A DNA stretch of 64,000 nt. Source: Eledone cirrhosa (Eukaryota). The position numbers were made by a program, and so were the translations under genes. Each line of letters starts with the position of its first letter. Position 1 is the stretch's first letter. The notes under the pieces were generated by a model. That model saw only the letters and a program-made list of their open reading frames with translations. It was not told where the DNA came from and did no database searches. The stretch is taken from assembly GCA_964016885.1 (NCBI GenBank), contig OZ024742.1:56978001-57042000 (forward strand). Reading direction: 5' to 3'. Positions 57,961 through 64,000 of the stretch are shown piece after piece.

Positions 57961-59062
57961 TGTGGACGATATTTGTTCGCAATTTTCAACTGGTAATTTT
58001 ATGCAAATCCTCATAAAAACAGTGACTATATTTCCATTATTTATTTTCAGAATAATTGATTATGAATAATTTTGAACCTCCAAATTTGTGGAAGAGATAT
58101 GGAGTTCTTCTTGGAATCCGCGCCGGGAGGACAAATAAGGAAATTTCAGACTTTCTCAGAGTCAGCAGGAGATTGGTGGAAAAGGTCAGAAAGGAATTGA
58201 AAGATTCAGGATTCGACTTCGAAGCAACATCAGAGAGGAAAACACATGATCGACGATCTGATGCCTTCAGAACGCCCGAGTTCGTCGCTGAAGTTCAGGA
58301 TATCATCAACAATGAACCTAGCAAGTCGATGCGTGCCATTGCAAAGGAGAAAGGCGTGGATGAAAAGCTCATTAGGCTGGTGGTACATGAAGACATTCGC
58401 TACGTTTCATACAAGATTTCTGTCAAAGGCGATGCAAGAAAAGCGACTGAATCATGCAAAGAAGCTGATCAACAAGTTGAAACACGCACTGGAGCCAGAC
58501 ATGGTGTGGTTTTTCTCCGACGAGAAAAACTTCTGCCAAGACCAGAAGATCAACTCCCAGAACAACAGGTGGCTCGCTGTCTCATCCATAGACGTGCCCA
58601 GAGTCATGCAGACAAAGTTTCCAGCGATAACATTGGTCTTAGGTGTCGTCAGCAGTCAAGTGTCAGCAGTCAAGAGCCTGGCTGTCAGAGAACTTCGTCG
58701 ACCACACTTCACCTGACATTTGGCCTCCCAGCTCGCCTGACTGCAACCCGCTCGACTTCTTTGTGTGGGGTGGAGTGGAACGACACCAACAGATCTAGAT
58801 GAAATACGAAAGACGATCTGAAGGCCAGGATCACAAGTGCCTTTAGGGGCCTACGTCGGGGGACAGTGACGAAGACCTGTATCCGGTTCCGAGGCCGCTT
58901 TAAGGCCGTCATCAAAGCCAATGGCGGGTTTATCGAGGGAGATCGAAAGAACAAGGCCTGAAGACAAACTGACCCAAGTTTGATAAATAAATCTTAAAAT
59001 ATAAAACTACTGTGTTATTTTCTCATAGACAGTAATCTTGCGAACAAATGTCGTCCGCACCC
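57958..59062 (+). mobile_element. Defective Tc1/mariner-superfamily DNA transposon
   Basis: Imperfect TIRs (t/g)ggtg(t/c)ggacga(t/c)atttgttcgcaa at both ends, with TA flanks inside (TA)n. HTH N-terminus, WFFSDEKNF..INSQNNR and WPPSSPDCNPLDFFVW across frameshifts; internal deletion in the catalytic domain. Confidence 0.88.
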
Positions 59063-59094
<32 letters not shown>

Positions 59095-59116
59095 TGCATA
59101 CATATACATATATACA

Positions 59117-59190
<74 letters not shown>

Positions 59191-59325
59191 TGTATGTATG
59201 TATATGTATGTATGCATATATATATATTTATATATGTATGTAGATATATATGCATTTATATATGAAACTATATATATATATACATACATAAATACACACA
59301 CAGACATATGCATATATATATATAT

Positions 59326-60308
59326 CTAAGGCGGGTAAAATTCCCGAGATCCATGGACGAGTTCTCTCCAGCGGTCTCTGTCCCTCATTATCGCTGCCAT
59401 GTCCTGCATCTCCAACAGACCAGTGTCTGTCCTTAGGGCATCAACATACGTTAACCCTGGTCTTCCTCTTCCAGTGTGTCCATGTAGGGGCTCCCAAAGG
59501 AGCACTGAGTGCAATGTCAACTCTGGATGTCGGTGAGCATGTCCAGCCAACCTCAGTCTCCTCTGTCACTTTTGAGCTGACTTTTGGGATGCTCCCATAC
59601 TGCTCTGAGTTTTTCATCCTCAGTGTATACTGATTAATGTTCAGAGCCATCCTCAGCATTCTCGTGTAGCACCCATCCACCATCTGAGTGAGTTTCTTGG
59701 TCAGTGTCCAAGTCTCAGACCCATACAGTAGCACAGACTCCACTACAGCAATGAAGAGGCGGATTTTCAGGTCTCTACGAAGGTCCGACTTCCATACCGA
59801 TCTCAAGCTGTGGCACGCCGCCCAGGCCTTGCTCTTCCTCTCAACCACATCATCTTCCGTATTCCCAATCCTTGCTCCCAAATACAGGAAGTCCTCAACC
59901 AATTCCAGCGGCTTCCCGCCTACATTAGTGATCCCCTCTGGCTTCTCAACATTCTCTACCAGATATTTTGTTTTAGTCTCATTCATTCTCAGCCCCACAC
60001 TCATCGACACAGTCTCAACCTCCCGCATCAAATCCTCTGCCTCCTTCACTGTATTTGTCACCAAAACTATGTCGTCGGAAAATTCAGCATCCGATACCTT
60101 TTTCTCCCTAACTCTCCTGCTCTGAGCCGGTGCTACAGCAAAGCCAGAGTCCTGGTGTTTCTCCAGTGCAAGGCGCATACAATAGTCCACTACGATGATA
60201 AAAAGATAGGGAGCCAATGTCTCCCTGGAGCACTCCAGCTAGTATCTCAAAGAACTCTGTCATCCCATCAGGTGTAATGACTTGGGCTTTGGTGTTGGTG
60301 TAGAGCAA
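59326..60308 (-). mobile_element. 5'-truncated RTE-clade LINE (RT and C-terminus) in (TA)n
   Basis: GVLQGD, APYLFIIVVDY, EFSDDIVL, VEDFLYLG, LLYGSETWTL, GRPGLTYVD..DRDRWR. The stop codon is followed directly by (AT)n. Confidence 0.9.
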
Positions 60309-60329
60309 CATATATTATATATATATATG

Positions 60330-60429
<100 letters not shown>

Positions 60430-60663
60430 AACAAACACACAAGTACTGCAGCATCATGTCATATGATGTTTTACAAATATATATTTTTAAAATGAAAAGA
60501 AATTGTAAGATTGTAGCAGTTTCTACACTTGAGACGATATTTCTAAATTTAAAAAGGAAAATTATGACATTCGGCTAAATATATATTTTCTTGTAGTTTT
60601 ACATATTGTAGCGTTGAAATACCTAATTGTATTGAATTACCTTTCCAAGGAAATTAATAATGT

Positions 60664-60754
<91 letters not shown>

Positions 60755-60940
60755 TCGCGCGCGTATGCAAATATATATATATATATATATATACATATAT
60801 ATATTTAAATATAAATATATATACCTATATATATATACAATAATATATTTATATTTTATATACATATGTATATATATATATGTTCTATATATATATATAT
60901 ATGCATACGTATAAATTATATGTATATATATATATATATG

Positions 60941-61083
<143 letters not shown>

Positions 61084-61679
61084 GCTGTTAACAATTTTGT
61101 TCAATACACATGGCTACTTTCTTTTCTCAGAACATACTTAGTCATAAATTCTTTTTGCTTTCTTTTTCAAATATCTTCTCTTAGTGATTTTCTCTCTTTC
61201 AAAGTAGCACTTATTTTTTGAAGCTTTTGTGTTTCCCTATTTTTCCCAATTTCATTTCTGTATGTTTTTATGCCTCTAAATCCCTGCTAATATGTAGATG
61301 TATGTGTCGAGTATAAACATTCTCAAACTCAATATTGATTTTATTTTAAATTTTGTTAATCCATGTACATATTATTTAAAAGCAGCTTTTCTTTTCTGTT
61401 GATGAAATAAAACATAAAATCTATGAAATATTTTATTCCTATATATGAAGTGGAAACCTAGATTCCGAATTTCAATTTCTATTGCAATTTTTTTTTTTTT
61501 TTTTCCTTTTACATGTTACATCTTCATATGATTCATGAAATATTTTTAAGGTTCTATAACACATATAAGTATATATATGTTACAGCTTCAAATATCGTTC
61601 ACTGTATAAAACAATTATCACATTGCATGGCTATATAAGAAACTGTTATTACTCTAATGAATAATAGGTAGAGAAATCT

Positions 61680-61815
61680 CGGCAGCTAACTGGCAGAGTC
61701 GTTAGCATGTTAGATAGAATGCTTGGCTATATTCGTCCCGGCTCTCTGCGCTCTGAGTTCAAAACCCGCTGATGTCAACTTTCATCCTTTCGGGGTCGAT
61801 AAAAAAGTACCACTT
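61680..61815 (+). mobile_element. Older SINE subfamily copy
   Basis: ctggcagagtcgttag..ctgagttcaaaacccgc..tttcatcctttcggggtcgataaaaaagtacc. Confidence 0.7.
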
Positions 61816-62665
61816 TATGACTAGGCTTGATTCTTCCTTCATACCCCTTTATCACGTCCCCTCTATCCTTCTCTGTATCTCTCTCTCTCTCTCTCTCTCT
61901 CTCAAGAGAGAGAGAGAAAGTTAATGACATTGTACAGAGCTTCACACCCTAAAGCAAATATTATACATGAAAAGAAAGAATGGTGGAGTGAAAGGAAAAG
62001 CTTGCAGAATATTTGGAAAACAGTGCAGAAGAGTTGTGAGCTGGTTACAATACAAAATGTCCACTATAGAATAATATGAAAGAAATCGATTCAATTCTAG
62101 AATACAGATTTCTTTTTCTTATGTTAATATGGTATTTCTTTATTGTCATCAAGTAAGATGAGACACAAACAAATTATAATCGCAGCTAAAATAATTAACT
62201 GAAAATCTATTTTATAAATTGATGTGATGGAGAGAAAATGAAAGACAGAAAACATCCTGTTGACAATCAAATTTAGATTTCTTTCGAGAGAGACACAAGG
62301 TCAATTTTGTAAACGTTGAGTGTTTAACTGAATCGATTCTGGTATATTAATGATGCATACATGTATTCACATCATAGGAATAAAAACACATTTCTCTTTC
62401 GTAAACTTGTGACCTCAGAACAGTCAGATTTTGAACTCATGCTGTAAATCACTCAGTTTGGCTCTTTACCAATAGTTGATGACGAATGTGGAGAGAACAT
62501 ACCTAGTTTTACTTTAAAGATTATTTCGAGATATATCCAATTAAATGAGAGCACGTTGTCAGAAGTTTGACTATAATCTATCTTGATTTCGATTGACATT
62601 CTCTCTGAATAAGGCACGGCGACCTTCTTTTTTATTATTATTATTATTTGAAATAATTATTATTA

Positions 62666-63402
62666 TGGTGGTGAATTGGCGGTATCGGTAGAGATCGGAC
62701 GCCATGCTTTGGAGCATAGAGTTACGCCCCTTTATGATCTGAGTTGAAATCCCGCCGAGGTTAACTTTGCCTTTCATCCTTACGCGGTCGATAAAATAAA
62801 GTACCAGTAATACACTGGGATAATTGCTGGCCTTGTGCCTATTGTAGAAACAATTATTATTATTATTATTATTATTATAACTCCGAGGTTAACTTTGCCT
62901 TTCATCTTTACGGGGTCGATAAAATAAAGTATCAATCACGCACTGGGGTCAATTTAATCGACTTTCCCCTACCCCCAAATTACTGGCCTTGTGCCTATAT
63001 AATAAACCATTATTAATGTTATTATTGGCATCGGTAGAGGGTCGGATGCCATGCTTTGACGCACAGAGTTATGGCCCTTGCCATTCTGAGTTCAAATCCC
63101 GCCAAGGTTAACTTTGCCTTTCATCCTTACGGGGTCGATAAAATAAAGTACCAGTAATGCACTGGGTAATTGCTGGCCTTGTGCCAAAAGTAGAAATAAT
63201 TAATGTTATTATTGGCAGTATCGGTAGAGGGTCGGACGCCATGCTTTGACGCAAAGAGTTACGGCCCTTTATGGTCTGAGTTCAAATCCCGCCGAGGTTA
63301 ACTTTGCCTTTCATCCTTACGGGTTCTATGAAATAAAGTACCAGTAATGCACTGGGATAATTGCTGGCCTTGTGCCAAAAGTAGAAATAATTATTATTAT
63401 TA
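62666..63402 (+). mobile_element. Head-to-tail cluster of four SINE copies separated by (ATT)n-rich spacers
   Basis: Copies at ~62666-62851, ~62883-63005 (partial, older 3' variant), ~63025-63197 and ~63212-63386. Confidence 0.9.
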
Positions 63403-64000
63403 TCGCCATTTGTTTTGCATGGACGTGTTCGTATCGGCTTGTGTAAGTTTGACTTTTTCACTTATTTACAACGGCGTTTTTGCAAATTGTTTTGGAGGCT
63501 CCTGATTAGACCCTCAAGGAAGGTTACCTGCATAATATTTGGTCCTTTGGCCCAAATATTGTATTTTCCTCTTTGAAAAACGCAAGAATATTTTTTTTAA
63601 GTTCCAAAAAGAAATATGGATATAAACCCTCCTCCGCTTTCATGTGCCAGGGCACAGAAATTTAGCACGAGAAAAGTGTACGTCTTTTAATCATGTCAGA
63701 CGTAGAGTTGAAGATAAATTATGCCAGCCAAGCGACCATCTCCTTTAAGGCGGCGGCCAAAAAGGTAGAAATGGTCCACGATAGCGACAAGGCGATGAGG
63801 GAGGCGAAGCTTTTGGTCAAGAAAAGCGGCCACGGGGTCAGCCGCGCCCATCCACCCGACATCATCAAAAACAGACGTCTGTACACGGTCTTGTACCGTA
63901 CAATTGAACACAAAACGAGTGTAATGACGCTGAAAGTTTGAAAACCGTTGGACCGAGGAAAAAAAGAAAGAACTCCCACTTTGCCCTAAAAAAGGGCGAA

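Noticed and set aside
63420-64000. Possible DNA transposase C-terminal remnant (ORF 63693..63941)
   Set aside because: Only vague resemblance (VEMVHDSDKAMREAKL); no catalytic motif or termini can be confirmed within the window.

Overview
AT-rich, microsatellite-saturated eukaryotic (animal) DNA. The repeat content suggests an octopus/cephalopod genome, which is an inference. No host gene could be supported; almost everything recognisable is mobile DNA. (1) 1-15 kb is a nest of R4/Dong-type non-LTR retrotransposons (RT plus restriction-like endonuclease) sitting in (TACA)n microsatellite. It holds one apparently full-length copy (7281-11705) whose ORF is broken only by a young SINE, five co-oriented 5'-truncated copies of two subfamilies, one decayed inverted copy, and two RTE-derived non-coding elements that end in the same repeat. 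(2) Two Penelope-like (GIY-YIG) elements are present, with many short, often fold-back or inverted, non-coding inserts in (TA)n tracts that carry minimal type I hammerhead ribozyme motifs (about 8 good or near-canonical copies plus degenerate ones, densest at 39.2-41.7 kb). (3) A 616-bp x ~3.9 near-identical tandem array lies inside (TA)n. (4) More than a dozen tRNA-derived SINEs occur, and the clearly readable target duplications all start with ATTAT. (5) Other relics: two Helitrons, a Tx1/L1 relic, an RTE relic and a Tc1/mariner relic. Most ORF-track entries are microsatellite artefacts. All structures were read by eye; no searches or folding were run.
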